DNA from: an uncultured Acidobacteriota bacterium
GTDB lineage: Bacteria > Acidobacteriota > Blastocatellia > RBC074
DNA: 64,000 nt
NCBI GenBank assembly: GCA_963796275.1
Contig: CAWCKY010000003.1
Coordinates: forward strand, 480,001 to 544,000
Direction of reading: 5' to 3'
Made by a program: the position numbers and the translations under genes. Under the pieces are notes generated by a model. It was not told the DNA's origin, did not search any database, and saw nothing but the letters and a program-made list of their open reading frames with translations. This document shows positions 1 through 15,900 of the stretch, piece after piece. The stretch's first letter is position 1; each line of letters opens with the position of its first letter.

Positions 1-1040
1 GCCAGCATCGCGGGGACAGATAACCCCTCCAGGCCTCCTGCCGGCTTAAATGCGGTGATCGTTGTATTCGGGTTTGCGCCGTTCATCTGGAAAACGGCGA
101 GCGTGACGCCTTCTCTGTTTACGACTGCGCATGTGCCAGGCGTACCCAGTTGCTTCCCTCTCTGCACGCACTGATTGATTATCGTTGTGACGTCATTGAG
201 GCTGAGCAAGCTCGGGTTACCGGTGTTCTGACCGGCAATAAGTATCTGCGTGGTGTTGCTTATCTGTCCGTCGGCGACCACTGTGATGGTGGTCAACCCC
301 GGCGACAGGGTATTGGGAATATTTACGTTGATCTGATCGTAAAAAGCCAGGCCCGTTGCACCAAACCAGGTTGCCGGAACCTCAACAGATCCGAACCTCA
401 CGCTGACGCTCGCCGCGTTACGGAACCCTGTACCGTAAAGACCTAACATTAGCGGTCTCGACCACGGTGATCCCGGAACGATAGCTTTGGGCGAGCCGTC
501 CGCATTCATGATGTCAGTGTAGAATCCGGCATCGAATGTGAAACCGAACGGTACTCCCTGCCCCATCGGATAGATGGCCGGCGCGGCCCGCACGATCTGC
601 ACGCTCCCGGTCGATACAACTCCGTTTGCATTTGTAATGGTTATCTGTGCGGTTCCCAACGGGAGGTTGGATGGTATTATGAAATTGACTTGTGCCGGTG
701 CGACGTAATAAATAGGCGCCAGCACATCGACGCCGCCGCTGGTCATCCGCAAGGTTGTTCCACCAAGCGTAGTGGGAAGTGGGTTAGTAGGCCCAACCAG
801 GGTTTGCGTAGCAAGGTTCGTTCCGAAGGCTGCTGCATATGACCCGAGACCCACCGGAGCCGTATAGCTCACAGCATTGACTGCCACGACGTTGGTGCTT
901 TGTACGGCGGCACTTACTGCTTTTTCGCCGATAATGACGTTCTTGCCTTTGAGTCGCGACACTACTATAAAAGTTATTAATAGGACTACTGCTATCGCAG
1001 TTATAGTTATGCGATTGATCAGCCTGTTTGGTGGACGCAT
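1..1040 (-). CDS. Exported protein with TIGR03437-like (Solibacter-type) Ig domain followed by a GlcG/HbpS-like heme-binding domain; runs off the window edge
   Basis: Not in the ORF track; translated by hand. ATG at 1040 with AGAGGA SD. Hydrophobic N-terminus, then NAVSYTAPVGLGSYAAAFGTNLA...LPTTLGG...IYYVAPAQVNFIIP...DQINVNIP (TIGR03437-like), then LSLNDVTTIINQCVQRGKQLGTPGTCAVVNREGVTLAVFQMNGA (GlcG-like start). Confidence 0.75.
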   Translation of the reverse strand, partial: MRPPNRLINRITITAIAVVLLITFIVVSRLKGKNVIIGEKAVSAAVQSTNVVAVNAVSYTAPVGLGSYAAAFGTNLATQTLVGPTNPLPTTLGGTTLRMTSGGVDVLAPIYYVAPAQVNFIIPSNLPLGTAQITITNANGVVSTGSVQIVRAAPAIYPMGQGVPFGFTFDAGFYTDIMNADGSPKAIVPGSPWSRPLMLGLYGTGFRNAASVSVRFGSVEVPATWFGATGLAFYDQINVNIPNTLSPGLTTITVVADGQISNTTQILIAGQNTGNPSLLSLNDVTTIINQCVQRGKQLGTPGTCAVVNREGVTLAVFQMNGANPNTTITAFKPAGGLEGLSVPAML

Positions 1041-1420
1041 CTTTTATATATCCTCTAGGAGTGTACGGGAGAAGATTGAAACTTCGGGGCTACAAATTCG
1101 GGGCTATTATGAAATTAAGGAAAACGATTGGCTTCCAGGGGAGAACGGCGGGACTATAGCCTTTTATTACGTATACCTGCAAGTGAAAAATCAGTAAACC
1201 TTTCTAATTAAAACTATAGGCAAACAAATATTGACTTCGTTTGTACAGCTATGTTATCAAGCCTATATCTTGAATGTGGGCCGCGGCATGTCTAGTGAAC
1301 ATGAATGCGGCTTAACGAGCCGATCTCATTCTAAACAGTTAAGTGCCCTCGAGATTGTCTTTGCTCACGTCACCGTCTGTCTATCGCCAGTTTCCCCTAG
1401 TTAGGCCCCCTATTTGAGGT

Positions 1421-1462
1421 CATTAATTGATGCTTCACTGTCAGAATGCCATTAATTGATGC
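1421..1462. promoter_or_regulatory. 13-bp quasi-palindromic direct repeat, possible operator pair
   Basis: CATTAATTGATGC at 1421-1433 and 1450-1462, in the divergent intergenic region just before the beta-barrel gene SD. Confidence 0.4.
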
Positions 1463-1482
1463 CAACTTTGTCGGAGGCGAAA

Positions 1483-3510
1483 GTGCGAAATTTCATTTTT
1501 TCTATAACTCTTTGTATGGTGCTTGGCGCGGCGAATGCCTTCGCGCAGCAGCAATTTACTAGTGATAAAGTAACCAGTGATAAAGTTACCAATGATAAGA
1601 AACGGATGCCGGATCAGTTGGCAGAGAAGATGGCGCAGCATTTGTCGGAGCAACTACCGCGACGACTGTCGGAACTTAAAATAAAGAAGATGCTCGGGGT
1701 GCTGGAAGCGGGGACGCAGTCTCCACAGCAGTCTCCGCAGCCTGTAGTGACGGGGACGGACGACAGGCGGCCCGTGTTGGTGTCCGAAGACGAACCGCTC
1801 GGAGCAGCGGGCAAGTCGAAGGATCGGCGTAAGCCCACACCGGAAGATGCCGACTTTATGGTGATCCAGGATCGCTGGCGCGTTGGAGTGCCGGAAGACC
1901 CGCGTTTTACTAATGGCAATATTTTTAATCCTTATCGTCAGAACGTGCTAAAGGGCGATTATCCGATCATCGGCAACAATATCTTCATGAACTTCGATCT
2001 GGTACTCGAGGGCGTTTTCAAGGCCGCCCAGCTACCGATCGGGCAGGCGGTCAGTTCAGCCAATCCGGGCAGTTTTGAATTCTTCGGGAGAGGGCGCAAT
2101 GATTCCATCGACGGGATAATGGTCTTCTCGTTCGACGTGTTTAAGGGAGATGCTTCGTTCAAGCCGGTCGATTGGAGATTTAAAGTAACTGGAATCGGAA
2201 ATTTCAATTTCGACAATTTCCGTGAAAACCAGGCCGCCAATATCGATGTGCGCGAAAGAATTTCGCGCCAGAAGAACTTCATTGCCGCCGAAGAGGCATT
2301 CGTTGAATATCGTCTCGGCGATACCACCAAGATATTCCCCTTCCTGCGCGGCAGAGGGAGTCAGGGCGGGCGCTCGCCGGAGTTCGATACGAGTTCGATT
2401 CGCCTCGGCGTCCAGCAATTCACGAGCGACTTCCGCGGATTCATCTTCAGCGATTCGAACCTCGGAGCGCGTATGTTCGGCAACATCGGATCGAACCGCT
2501 GGCAATACAACCTGGCTTACTTCAACCTGCTTGAAAAGGACACGAACAGCAAGTTGAATGCTCTCACGTTCAACGACACCGATTTTCGCAATCAGAACGT
2601 TTACATTGCGAACGTCTTCCGCCAGGACACTTTCGTGCTGGGATATACGACCCAGTTCAGTCTTCATTACAACGACGATCGTCCCAGCTTTAAGCTAGAT
2701 AATAACGGCTTCCAGGTACGGCCGGCGCCTCTCGGGTTGAACCCGCAGAATCGCGTGCGGGCCGGATATTTTGGATGGACGGGTGATGGACATTTCGGCC
2801 GGTACAATATTACGCATGCAATGTATCAGGCGATCGGGCGTGACACGTTCAACGGAGTTGCCAATCGCCCGGTTAGCATCAATGCCCAGATGGCGGCGGC
2901 GGAATTCTCGATCGATTTCGACTATATCCGCTACCGGGTCGCGGCTTTTTATGCATCCGGCGACCCGAACCCGACAGACGGCAGGGGCCGCGGCTTCGAT
3001 GCGATTCTCGACGCTCCGAATTTCGCGGGCGGCAAGTTCAGCTTCTTCAACCAGGAAGCCCTTCGTTTATTGCCGACTCCGCTTGCTATTAAAGACGAGC
3101 GAAGTCTGCTCCCGTCGCTGCGCACCAGCAAAATCCAGGGTCAATCGAATTTCGTCAATCCCGGTCTGACGCTTTACAACCTGGGAGTCGACGTAGATAT
3201 CACCCCGAAATTGCGAGGGTTCGCTAACTACAATTACATCCGTTTCAATGAGCCCGCGTCGCTTACGTCTTTACTCCAACGTGGCAATATCATCAGCAGA
3301 GATTTCGGCCACGATGTCGGTCTCGGGTTTATCTATCGACCGTTACTGAACGAAAACATCGTATTAACGGGTGGGGCCTCAACGCTGAGGGGCGGAAAAG
3401 GTTTCAACGCCCTCTTCACCTCGAATTGCGACGGTCCGCCGTTGCAATCTTGCGGTGCGTCGCAGCCGACGTTGTTCTCGACGTTTATGACAGCTCGATT
3501 CGTTTATTGA
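1483..3510 (+). CDS. Outer-membrane beta-barrel protein (alginate-export/porin-like)
   Basis: GGAGG SD before GTG at 1483 (track ORF starts 1456). Signal peptide ending AFA-QQQ, amphipathic beta strands, C-terminal beta-signal FMTARFVY. Confidence 0.7.
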   Translation: MRNFIFSITLCMVLGAANAFAQQQFTSDKVTSDKVTNDKKRMPDQLAEKMAQHLSEQLPRRLSELKIKKMLGVLEAGTQSPQQSPQPVVTGTDDRRPVLVSEDEPLGAAGKSKDRRKPTPEDADFMVIQDRWRVGVPEDPRFTNGNIFNPYRQNVLKGDYPIIGNNIFMNFDLVLEGVFKAAQLPIGQAVSSANPGSFEFFGRGRNDSIDGIMVFSFDVFKGDASFKPVDWRFKVTGIGNFNFDNFRENQAANIDVRERISRQKNFIAAEEAFVEYRLGDTTKIFPFLRGRGSQGGRSPEFDTSSIRLGVQQFTSDFRGFIFSDSNLGARMFGNIGSNRWQYNLAYFNLLEKDTNSKLNALTFNDTDFRNQNVYIANVFRQDTFVLGYTTQFSLHYNDDRPSFKLDNNGFQVRPAPLGLNPQNRVRAGYFGWTGDGHFGRYNITHAMYQAIGRDTFNGVANRPVSINAQMAAAEFSIDFDYIRYRVAAFYASGDPNPTDGRGRGFDAILDAPNFAGGKFSFFNQEALRLLPTPLAIKDERSLLPSLRTSKIQGQSNFVNPGLTLYNLGVDVDITPKLRGFANYNYIRFNEPASLTSLLQRGNIISRDFGHDVGLGFIYRPLLNENIVLTGGASTLRGGKGFNALFTSNCDGPPLQSCGASQPTLFSTFMTARFVY

Positions 3511-3725
3511 TGCTGCTGATTTACAACCCATCTTGGGTTTAGTGGAGATCGAGTAACACGGGGAAAAATGGTGAGATCAGAGATACGCAAGAATAACGAT
3601 TGAATTTGTTTTTCTCCGTGTTCCCCGATGGGGGACTCCCCGGTTAAACGCTTTAGTTTACGAAATAAATTATAACAAACAAGCTCAGAGTATAAGAGCG
3701 ATAGCTCCTTATAAAGGTTGAAGCA

Positions 3726-7829
<4,104 letters not shown>

Positions 7830-7857
7830 TCCACCATAAAATAAAATAGGTACTCAG

Positions 7858-7924
7858 AGCGGTAGCGAGCGGGCCTCCGGAACTAGAAAAAGAAGGGGGC
7901 AAGTTCGCTACCGCTTTTGTTTTA
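7858..7924 (+). repeat. REP-like inverted repeat, possibly also the terminator of the cytochrome gene
   Basis: AGCGGTAGCGA (7858-7868) and TCGCTACCGCT (7905-7915) followed by a T-rich tract. Confidence 0.55.
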
Positions 7925-8020
7925 TTGACATTATGTTTGGTCGTTTAACGCCCATGCCGAATCGCCGAGTAGCGGCAGGGTTGAGTTTAGGCTGGCGTTT
8001 CAGCCACGGCACCGGATCCA

Positions 8021-8356
8021 TCGTCGCGTAACGACGGAGTGATTTTAGCTGCGGGTTTCAAGCGCATTGGAATCTAAACAAATTAGAACTCTCGCAAATC
8101 CACCAAACTACGGGAGGTTATACATAATAATTAGCCTTAGCTAGATTCATCGGGCTTTCCCGCAGGGCATATAGGCTAGTCCTTTGAGGACTGGTGGCTC
8201 AGGAGACCTAATCTCGAGGGCGCTTTAGTCATGGGTTTGTATATAAGTCGGTAGAGATGCCTTGCGTCCCGAATGGACGCTCGAATTTAGCCGGTGGTGG
8301 AGCGAAGTGTAACCACCGGTATAGATCAAATGAGAATTTGCGTCCCGGAGGGACGC
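8021..8356. repeat. Cluster of REP-like short palindromes
   Basis: CGTCGCGTAACGACG (~8022), GCGTCCCGAATGGACGC (8264-8280), CCGGTGGT...ACCACCGG (8291-8319), GCGTCCCGGAGGGACGC (8340-8356). Confidence 0.55.
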
Positions 8357-8493
8357 CGGATCATCCGAATGCCTGAGGCTCAATAAATCTCACAATCTGC
8401 AACTGTATACTCGCCACCATTTGTCTGTGCGGCTATTTTCCGATCATTACCGCTCGCCGTACTGATCGTTCTCTGCTACTCTTTTCCATAGTT

Positions 8494-9495
8494 ATGAGCC
8501 TTCTCGAAGTACGTAACCTCAAGACATATTTCGCGACAAAACGGGGTGAGGCGCGCTCGGTTGATGACGTCTCATTCACGCTCGATCGTGGTGAGACGCT
8601 GAGCCTGGTAGGCGAATCTGGGTGCGGGAAATCGGTCACGGCGCTATCGATTATGCGGTTAGTCTCATCGCCCGGTCGCATAGTCGATGGTTCGGTGCTT
8701 TTCGAAGGGCGCGATCTGGTAAAACTCAGCGAAGACGAGATGCGCAGGATTCGGGGGGATGAGATCGCGATGATCTTTCAGGATCCCATGACGTCGCTCA
8801 ACCCGGTCTACACGGTCGGAGAGCAAATCGCCGAAGCGATACGCCTGCACCGCAGAGTTTCAAAGCGCGAGTCATGGAACCAGGCGATCGAGGGAATGCG
8901 GGATGTGGCAATTCCCGCGCCTGAGGTGCGCGCGAAAAACTATCCCCACGAGATGTCAGGTGGAATGCGCCAGCGGATAATGATCGCGATGGCGCTGGCA
9001 TGCGATCCGAAATTGTTGATAGCCGATGAACCGACGACTGCCCTCGATGTGACAATTCAGGCGCAGATTCTGGATTTACTGACCGAATTGCGCGAGAAGC
9101 GTAATCTGGCGCTACTGCTTATTACTCACGACCTGGGAATTGTCGCTGAAACTTCCGATCGTGTCGCTGTAATGTATGCGGGTAGGATCGTCGAATTGAC
9201 TCGGGTACGTGAACTGTTCAGGAATCCGCGCCATCCCTACACCGAAGGGTTGCTACGATCCGTTCCTCAGTTGGAGGAGCCGAATGGAGAGAAGAAACGG
9301 CGGCTGCATACGATCGAAGGCGTCGTGCCTAATCCTACGAACCTCCCCCCGGGATGCCGCTTCGCGCCGCGATGCGAGCATGCGCGGGAGAAGTGTAGGG
9401 AGGGTGAGATAAGATTGATTGAGATTGATTCGGGGCATTCAACGCGATGTATTCGAGTGAGTGAGATTTATCCTCAATTGCAAACCGCAAGTTAG
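8494..9495 (+). CDS. oppD: Oligopeptide/dipeptide ABC transporter ATP-binding protein (OppD/DppD)
   Basis: GESGCGKS Walker A, MSGGMRQR signature, [13 protein letters not shown]-terminal HPYT...GCRFAPRC. Confidence 0.92.
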   Translation: MSLLEVRNLKTYFATKRGEARSVDDVSFTLDRGETLSLVGESGCGKSVTALSIMRLVSSPGRIVDGSVLFEGRDLVKLSEDEMRRIRGDEIAMIFQDPMTSLNPVYTVGEQIAEAIRLHRRVSKRESWNQAIEGMRDVAIPAPEVRAKNYPHEMSGGMRQRIMIAMALACDPKLLIADEPTTALDVTIQAQILDLLTELREKRNLALLLITHDLGIVAETSDRVAVMYAGRIVELTRVRELFRNPRHPYTEGLLRSVPQLEEPNGEKKRRLHTIEGVVPNPTNLPPGCRFAPRCEHAREKCREGEIRLIEIDSGHSTRCIRVSEIYPQLQTAS

Positions 9496-9743
9496 TTCTC
9501 TCATGCTTCCTCCCCCACCTTGAAGCTGGCAACAGAGATACAGAGAAGAGAAGTGGGCGCGCGCTGTTGCCGCAAGCGCGATTTTTCGAATTTTAGCAGC
9601 ACGACTATTCATGAGTGGGAGGCGAAAATTGTTTCCTTTTTTCGATCGTTCTCCTACAATAAATGCTTGCCAACTCAAAATCTCTGTGGTCTCAATTAGG
9701 CCGTAAGCAGTTTCTATCCACCTCGCCACCGGAGGATGTACTC

Positions 9744-12700
9744 GTGCGATACCAAAAATATTCCGCTCGCATAGTCATTGGAGTGGTGTTACTCACCTGT
9801 TTTGTTTGTTACGACCGTAGCTTGAGCGCTTCCTCTCTGGCGCAAGCAAACGAGACCGAAGCAATTCGCAGTCTGGTCGGGAGATTCTTCGATTTATATC
9901 AACAGAAGGAATTCGATAAATTGATCGCTTTTTGGCACGAGAAATCTCCTTTTCTGGGTAGGAACAAAAAGGCCCTGGAAGAAGAATTTGCTGCATATGA
10001 AAAGATCGATGTGAAGGGCTTTGGCATCCGACTGATGAGGATCGATGGTGATAAGGCGACAGTTAGAGTGACGGTGAATTTAGTGCTGACCAAGGCTAAG
10101 CTCCAAAACATGACAGAAAAGATTTGGAGGGAGGGCATTCTAAAGCAAAACCGTACAATCGAACTAGTCAATCAGAGCGGAAACTGGAAGGTCTGGAAGT
10201 TTGTCATCAGCGAGGAGGAATTGGCAGCTGCAATCATAGCAGCACAGACAGAGGAGGAGCGGAAGGCGTTGATGGAGAAAGAGCCGGAGTTGATTACTTC
10301 CGACCTTGCTTCTGCGCTCTATTCTCAGATTTTATTTGCCTTCGTCAACAACGAAGTCGATTACAAACGCTCGATCACGATCAATGAGCTCGCCTACAAG
10401 CTCGCTGAGCGGATCGGTGATCGATTGGTAATGGCATATGTCCTCATATATACAGGGTACAGCTATGGTTGGATAGGTATGCCGGAAAAATCTCCGGACC
10501 AGGCATTGGAGTACTTTCGAAGTAGTCTTAAAATAGGAGAAGAGCATGGATTTAAGGATGTTGTTCTCAGATCAGTTATCAACTCAGCCATTCTCCATCA
10601 GGGTCTTGGTGAGCTTACGCACGCTGAAGAATATTATCAGAGAGGTCTGAAGCTGCTCGAAGAAGTGGGATCCCAAGATGGGATAATCCAAGTGTTGAGT
10701 AACTTAGGAACCATTCATCAGGTAAAGGGTAATTACGCCACTGCCTTCGAACTATTCTTGAAAAGCCTGAAGATGTCCGAAAGCCAGCTTAAGTCCGGAG
10801 TGAGTTGGGGTCGTCGGTCTAATGTCCTTATAAATATTGCAGGTATTTTCACTGCCCAAGCAAATTTCGAGCAGGCTTTGGCTTATTACCAGATGGCGCT
10901 TGAGGCAGCAGAAAAAGGAATTATGTTAGGAGATATTGAGGCGAAGTCTGAGAAGTTTCATGTGTTGATGGGGATTGGCAATATATATTTGCAACAGGGC
11001 AACCATTCTTTAGCGATGGATTATTTTAAGAAAAGCCAGAAGCTGATAGACGAGTTCGTAGATCAACTACCCGGTTCTAAAGATAGCTACACTTCGATGA
11101 TCAAAAAGGAGATGGCAGATGTATTGGCAGCAGAACATAATCTAGCTCAAGCAATCGCCAATTATAAGGAAGCCCTACAATTGGCAGACAAGGCAGAGGA
11201 TAAAGTCATTATGACATATCAATTGCTGGGTCTAGGCGAAATGTATTTTTTGACAGGGGATTTTCGCGAGGCATTGTCATATTCGGAAAGAGCAAGCGAA
11301 GCTGCCGAAAAACTTGGCCAATACCCTTATATGAATAGTGCTTTGGTAGTAGCCGCGAAAGCCTATCAGAAGCTTGGCCAACAAGAAAAATCTCGTCAGG
11401 CATTAATAAGAGCTATCTATATCACCGAGGAGTTACTGGAGCACTCGACAGGTGACGAATTAGACCTGCAACGCTCTTTTGAACGCGCTGTGGCGCCATA
11501 CCAGGCGATGATTGATTTCGAGGTTGATCAAAAACGATTCATTGAAGCCTTCTCTTACGCTCAACGGACGAAAGGTCGGACACTTCTTGAATTATTGCAA
11601 AATGGCCGAGTTGACATCAAAGCTGCAAATCTATTCGAGCGCGAAAAGGAGCAACAACTAAACCGCAAGATCGTTTCCCTCAACCGCGAAATCACAGCTG
11701 AGAAACTCAAATCTAATCCGAATGAAAAACGTCTGGTCGACGTCGAAGAACAGCTGAAAAAGGCCCGTCTGGAGTTCGAGCGATTCCATACCACTCTTTA
11801 CGCCGCCCATCCTGACCTCAAAGTCCAACGCGGCGAGATTCGACCGGTCACCTTTGACGACGCGGCAGGTCTGATTCCCGATTCCCAGACCGCCATGATG
11901 GATTTCATCGTCACCGACGAGAATGTCCACCTCTTCGTCCTGAGCAAAGACGGGGCCGGCAAGCCGATCTTGAACACATACACATTTAAGATCGAGCGCA
12001 AATCGCTGGCCGAGAAAGTAGAGCGCTATCGCCGCCGAATGGAGAACAGAGACTACGATTTTCAGGCGCTCTCCCAGGAACTCTATGGTTTGCTGATCAA
12101 ACCGGCACACAAGCAACTGCAGGGGAAAACCAATCTCATCATCTCTCCAGATAGCGTGCTGTGGGACTTGCCATTCCAGACTTTGATGTCACCGGAGCTG
12201 CGCTATCTGATCGAGGACGCCGCTATCTCATATACACCGTCACTTTCGGTGCTGAGAGAGATGCAACTGGCAGGCAACAAGAAACAGGCGCGGGCCAAAT
12301 CATCATTGCTGGCGCTGGGCAATCCGGCGCTGGGTAATCGGAGTAAGGAATTGGTTAAGTTTGTGAAGATGGATGCGGAGCTGCAGCCATTGCCGGAGGC
12401 GGCGGCACAGGTGCGCGCATTGGAGGGCCTGTACGGCAAGACGCGCAGCAGAGTGCTGACCGGTGCGGCGGCGCGCGAGGAACTGGTAAAGGAGCAATCG
12501 GGTCAATACCACATTGTGCACCTGGCGACGCACGGGATTCTGAACGACGTCAGCCCGATGTACTCGCACGTGATGTTGTCGCAGACGGCTGGGAAGAGCG
12601 AGGAAGACGGATTGCTGGAGGCCTGGGAGATGATGAATCTGGATTTGAACGCGGACCTGGTTGTGCTGGCAGGATGCGAGACGGCGCGCGGGCGAGTGGG

Positions 12701-12971
12701 AGCTGGGGAAGGGGTGATCGGGATGACGTGGGCGTTATTCGTGGCGGGATGCCCGAGGACGGTGGTCAGTCAATGGAAGGTGGAGGCATCGAGCACGACC
12801 GATTTGATGGTCGAGTTCCACAAGAAATTCAAGACGAGGTACGGCGATCCGCAACGGTCTGTCAGCACCGCGGAATCGATGAGACAGGCGGCATTGAGGG
12901 TAATGAGGAACCCGGAATATGTGCATCCATTCTATTGGGGCGGATTTGTCGTAATCGGGGATGGAAACTAA
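9744..12971 (+). CDS. Exported NTF2-like/TPR/CHAT caspase-family protease, copy 1
   Basis: GGAGG SD before GTG at 9744 (track ORF starts 9663). Signal peptide ...SLA-Q; NTF2-like segment ending SGNWKVWKF; TPR array; CHAT motifs LIISPD, HLATHG, VVLAGCETA, SQWKV, HPFYWGGF. Confidence 0.88.
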   Translation: MRYQKYSARIVIGVVLLTCFVCYDRSLSASSLAQANETEAIRSLVGRFFDLYQQKEFDKLIAFWHEKSPFLGRNKKALEEEFAAYEKIDVKGFGIRLMRIDGDKATVRVTVNLVLTKAKLQNMTEKIWREGILKQNRTIELVNQSGNWKVWKFVISEEELAAAIIAAQTEEERKALMEKEPELITSDLASALYSQILFAFVNNEVDYKRSITINELAYKLAERIGDRLVMAYVLIYTGYSYGWIGMPEKSPDQALEYFRSSLKIGEEHGFKDVVLRSVINSAILHQGLGELTHAEEYYQRGLKLLEEVGSQDGIIQVLSNLGTIHQVKGNYATAFELFLKSLKMSESQLKSGVSWGRRSNVLINIAGIFTAQANFEQALAYYQMALEAAEKGIMLGDIEAKSEKFHVLMGIGNIYLQQGNHSLAMDYFKKSQKLIDEFVDQLPGSKDSYTSMIKKEMADVLAAEHNLAQAIANYKEALQLADKAEDKVIMTYQLLGLGEMYFLTGDFREALSYSERASEAAEKLGQYPYMNSALVVAAKAYQKLGQQEKSRQALIRAIYITEELLEHSTGDELDLQRSFERAVAPYQAMIDFEVDQKRFIEAFSYAQRTKGRTLLELLQNGRVDIKAANLFEREKEQQLNRKIVSLNREITAEKLKSNPNEKRLVDVEEQLKKARLEFERFHTTLYAAHPDLKVQRGEIRPVTFDDAAGLIPDSQTAMMDFIVTDENVHLFVLSKDGAGKPILNTYTFKIERKSLAEKVERYRRRMENRDYDFQALSQELYGLLIKPAHKQLQGKTNLIISPDSVLWDLPFQTLMSPELRYLIEDAAISYTPSLSVLREMQLAGNKKQARAKSSLLALGNPALGNRSKELVKFVKMDAELQPLPEAAAQVRALEGLYGKTRSRVLTGAAAREELVKEQSGQYHIVHLATHGILNDVSPMYSHVMLSQTAGKSEEDGLLEAWEMMNLDLNADLVVLAGCETARGRVGAGEGVIGMTWALFVAGCPRTVVSQWKVEASSTTDLMVEFHKKFKTRYGDPQRSVSTAESMRQAALRVMRNPEYVHPFYWGGFVVIGDGN

Positions 12972-15900
12972 TCGATGAGAAAAGTAAGGCGAGAAAATCG
13001 TATGATTACACATTGCTTTACGATTGCATAAATTTTTACCATCGGTGATCACAATAGCAGTTCAGACCAGATTACGGTCAATGAAATTACGCTTGAAAAA
13101 GGCATAATTGTCAAAGCTATAAACGTCGCACTCTCGGGGGCCGCTCAGAGGCGATTGATAACATGCAACTCAGATAATTGAGCTTGCATAATCTTTGTTC
13201 ATTACAATCGAAAGAGGCTTTATGCGTTTCCTCAGATACCTTTCACCTCCTGCCTTCGGCATGCTGCCAATAATCTGCCTTGTATTGAACGGTTATGTCT
13301 TGGGTTTAACGCCGCTGACGCAATCGAGCGATTCCGATGCTATCCGAGTTTTAGTACAGCGACTCTTCGAATCTTATCAGCAGAAAGATCTCGAGAGATT
13401 GCTTTCCTTCTGGGGCGAGAAATCTCCATTTCTGGCCGAGAATAAAAAAGCCCTGCAAGGTGAACTCGCCGCGTATGAGAAGATTTCTGTGAAAGGTTTC
13501 GACATCCGCGACACGAAGATAGATGGCGAGAAGGCTACGCTGAGAGTGTTGGTTGAGGCCGCGGTCACCAGGGCTTACATGGTAAAACCCATTGAAAAGA
13601 TAGAGAAGAAGAGCAAGACGATCGATCTGGTCAAGGAGGGGGGAATCTGGAAGGTCTGGAGATTCACGGCAAGCGAAGAAGAATTGGCTGCTGTTATCGT
13701 TGCCACGAAGACAGAGGATGAACGAAAGGCCTCGATGGCCAAAGAACCGGAGTTGATGACGTCCGACCTTGCTAATGCACTCGCTCGTCAAAGTACATCC
13801 GACCCGGTCTATAAAATGGGCTATCAACATGCGCTTGCGATGAATCAGCTCGCATACGAAATCGCCAGGCAGGTCGGCGATCAATTTGCTATGGCAAACG
13901 CATTGTTGGGCGCTGGATACATTTATGGCTGGCTTGGGACACCGAAAAGATCGGCGGAATTGGCCCTGGAGAGTTTCCAAAAGAGTCTGAATATAGGAGA
14001 AGAGTATGGATTTAAGGAGATCATGGCCAAATCCCTGATCCGCTCTGGCGTTGTCTATACCGTCACAACAGGCGAGTATGCGAAAGCCGAAGAATGTTAT
14101 CAGAAAGGTCTCAAGCTGGCTGAGGAATTGAAAGATCAAGAGCTGTTATTCCTGGCCATGAATAACATGGGCGTCATCCATCGGGAACAAGGCAATTACG
14201 TGAAAGCGCTTGAGCTTTGGTTGAAATGCCTGAAGATGAGTGAAAACCAGCTTGACTCGGGAGTAGATTGGTATCGAATGGCGAGGGCCCTGCAAAATAT
14301 CGGCGGTACTTTCAAAGTCCAACGCAATCATGAACAGGCTTTGGCTTATAACCAACGTGCAATTGAAGCTGCCAACAAAGCAGATACGATGGGAGATCCT
14401 AACGCTAAATTGGTTATAGGGACTGCGCTGGCAAGCATTGGCGATGTATATTTGGAGCAAGATAAAGATTCTTTAGCGATGGATCATTATCAGAAAGGCC
14501 TCAAGCTTGCGGATGAGTTTGTGAATCCGATACTGGTTGCTAAACCCATGTACGTTTTCACAATCAAAGTGCGAATCGGAAATGCCTTGGTTGCAAAAAA
14601 AGATATGGTTCAGGCAATCACAACTTTCCAGGAAGCACTCGAGCTGGCAGAAAAATCAAATAATAAAACTCAGATAGCATATCCTTTATTGCGTCTAAGC
14701 GACGTATATCTATTGCAGGGAGATTATCGCAAGGCATTGGGTTTTGCTGAACGAACTATTAGTGAAGCTCAACAAATCGGTTTCAAAACAAATGTTTTTC
14801 GAGCTCTAGTGATAGCGGCTAAAGCACATCAGAAGCTCGGCCAGCTTGAAAAAGCGTATCTGTCATTGGACAGTGCCATCGACCTTATTGAAGAGTTACA
14901 CAAGCAGTCGGCTGGCGGCGCACTCGACCGCCAGCGTTCCTTCGAAGACTCTGCGGCTCCATATCAAGCGATGATCGATCTCCAGGTTGATCAAAAGAGG
15001 TTCACCGAAGCATTTTCATATGCTCAACGAGCAAAAGGACGAATCCTCTTGGAGCTCTTGCAAAATGGGCGGGTCAATATTGATAAATCAGCTTCTGAAA
15101 CGGAGCGCGAGCGAGAACAGCATCTAGGCAAAAAGATTATTTCACTAAACCGCGAAGTCACGGGTGAGAAACTCAAATCTCAACCTGATGAAAAGCGTTT
15201 GGCCGAGTTTGAAGAGCAGTTGAAAAAGGCGCGTCTGGAGTTCGAGGCTTTCCAAACCACTCTCTACGCCGCCCATCCTGAGCTCAAAGTGCAGCGCGGC
15301 GAGATTCGATCGGTCTCCTTTGACGATGCATCGGGCCTCATTCCCGATACGAAGACCGCACTCCTGGATTTCATCGTCACAGACGAGAATGTCCACCTCT
15401 TCGTCCTGACCAAAAATGCCTCCGCTCAACCGATCTTAAACAACTACATCATCAAGATCGAACGCAAATCGCTGGTTGAGAAAGTAGAGCGCTATCGCCG
15501 CCGAATGGAGAACAGAGACTACGACTTCCAGGCGCTCTCCCAGGAACTCTATGGTTTGCTGATCAAACCGGCACACAAGCAACTGCAGGGGAAAACCAAT
15601 CTCATCATCTCTCCAGATAGCGTGCTGTGGGACTTGCCATTCCAGACTTTGATGTCACCGGAGCTGCGCTATCTGATCGAGGACGCCGCTATCTCATATA
15701 CACCGTCACTTTCGGTGCTGAGAGAGATGCAACTGGCAGGCAACAAGAAACAGGCGCGGGCCAAATCATCATTGCTGGCGCTGGGCAATCCGGCGCTGGG
15801 TAATCGGAGTAAGGAATTGGTTAAGTTTGTGAAGATGGATGCGGAGCTGCAGCCATTGCCGGAGGCGGCGGCACAGGTGCGCGCATTGGAGGGCCTGTAC

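Noticed and set aside
150-1197. Plus-strand track ORFs 150-446 and 877-1197
   Set aside because: They overlap the better-supported minus-strand gene starting at 1040.
1558-1599. 15-bp tandem repeat (TSDKV x3) in the barrel N-terminus
   Set aside because: Short in-frame linker duplication with no evident functional signal.
9660-13200. Shared promoter motif (GCAACTCA-like) upstream of both CHAT genes
   Set aside because: Only 7-8 bp and at different spacing; not distinguishable from chance.
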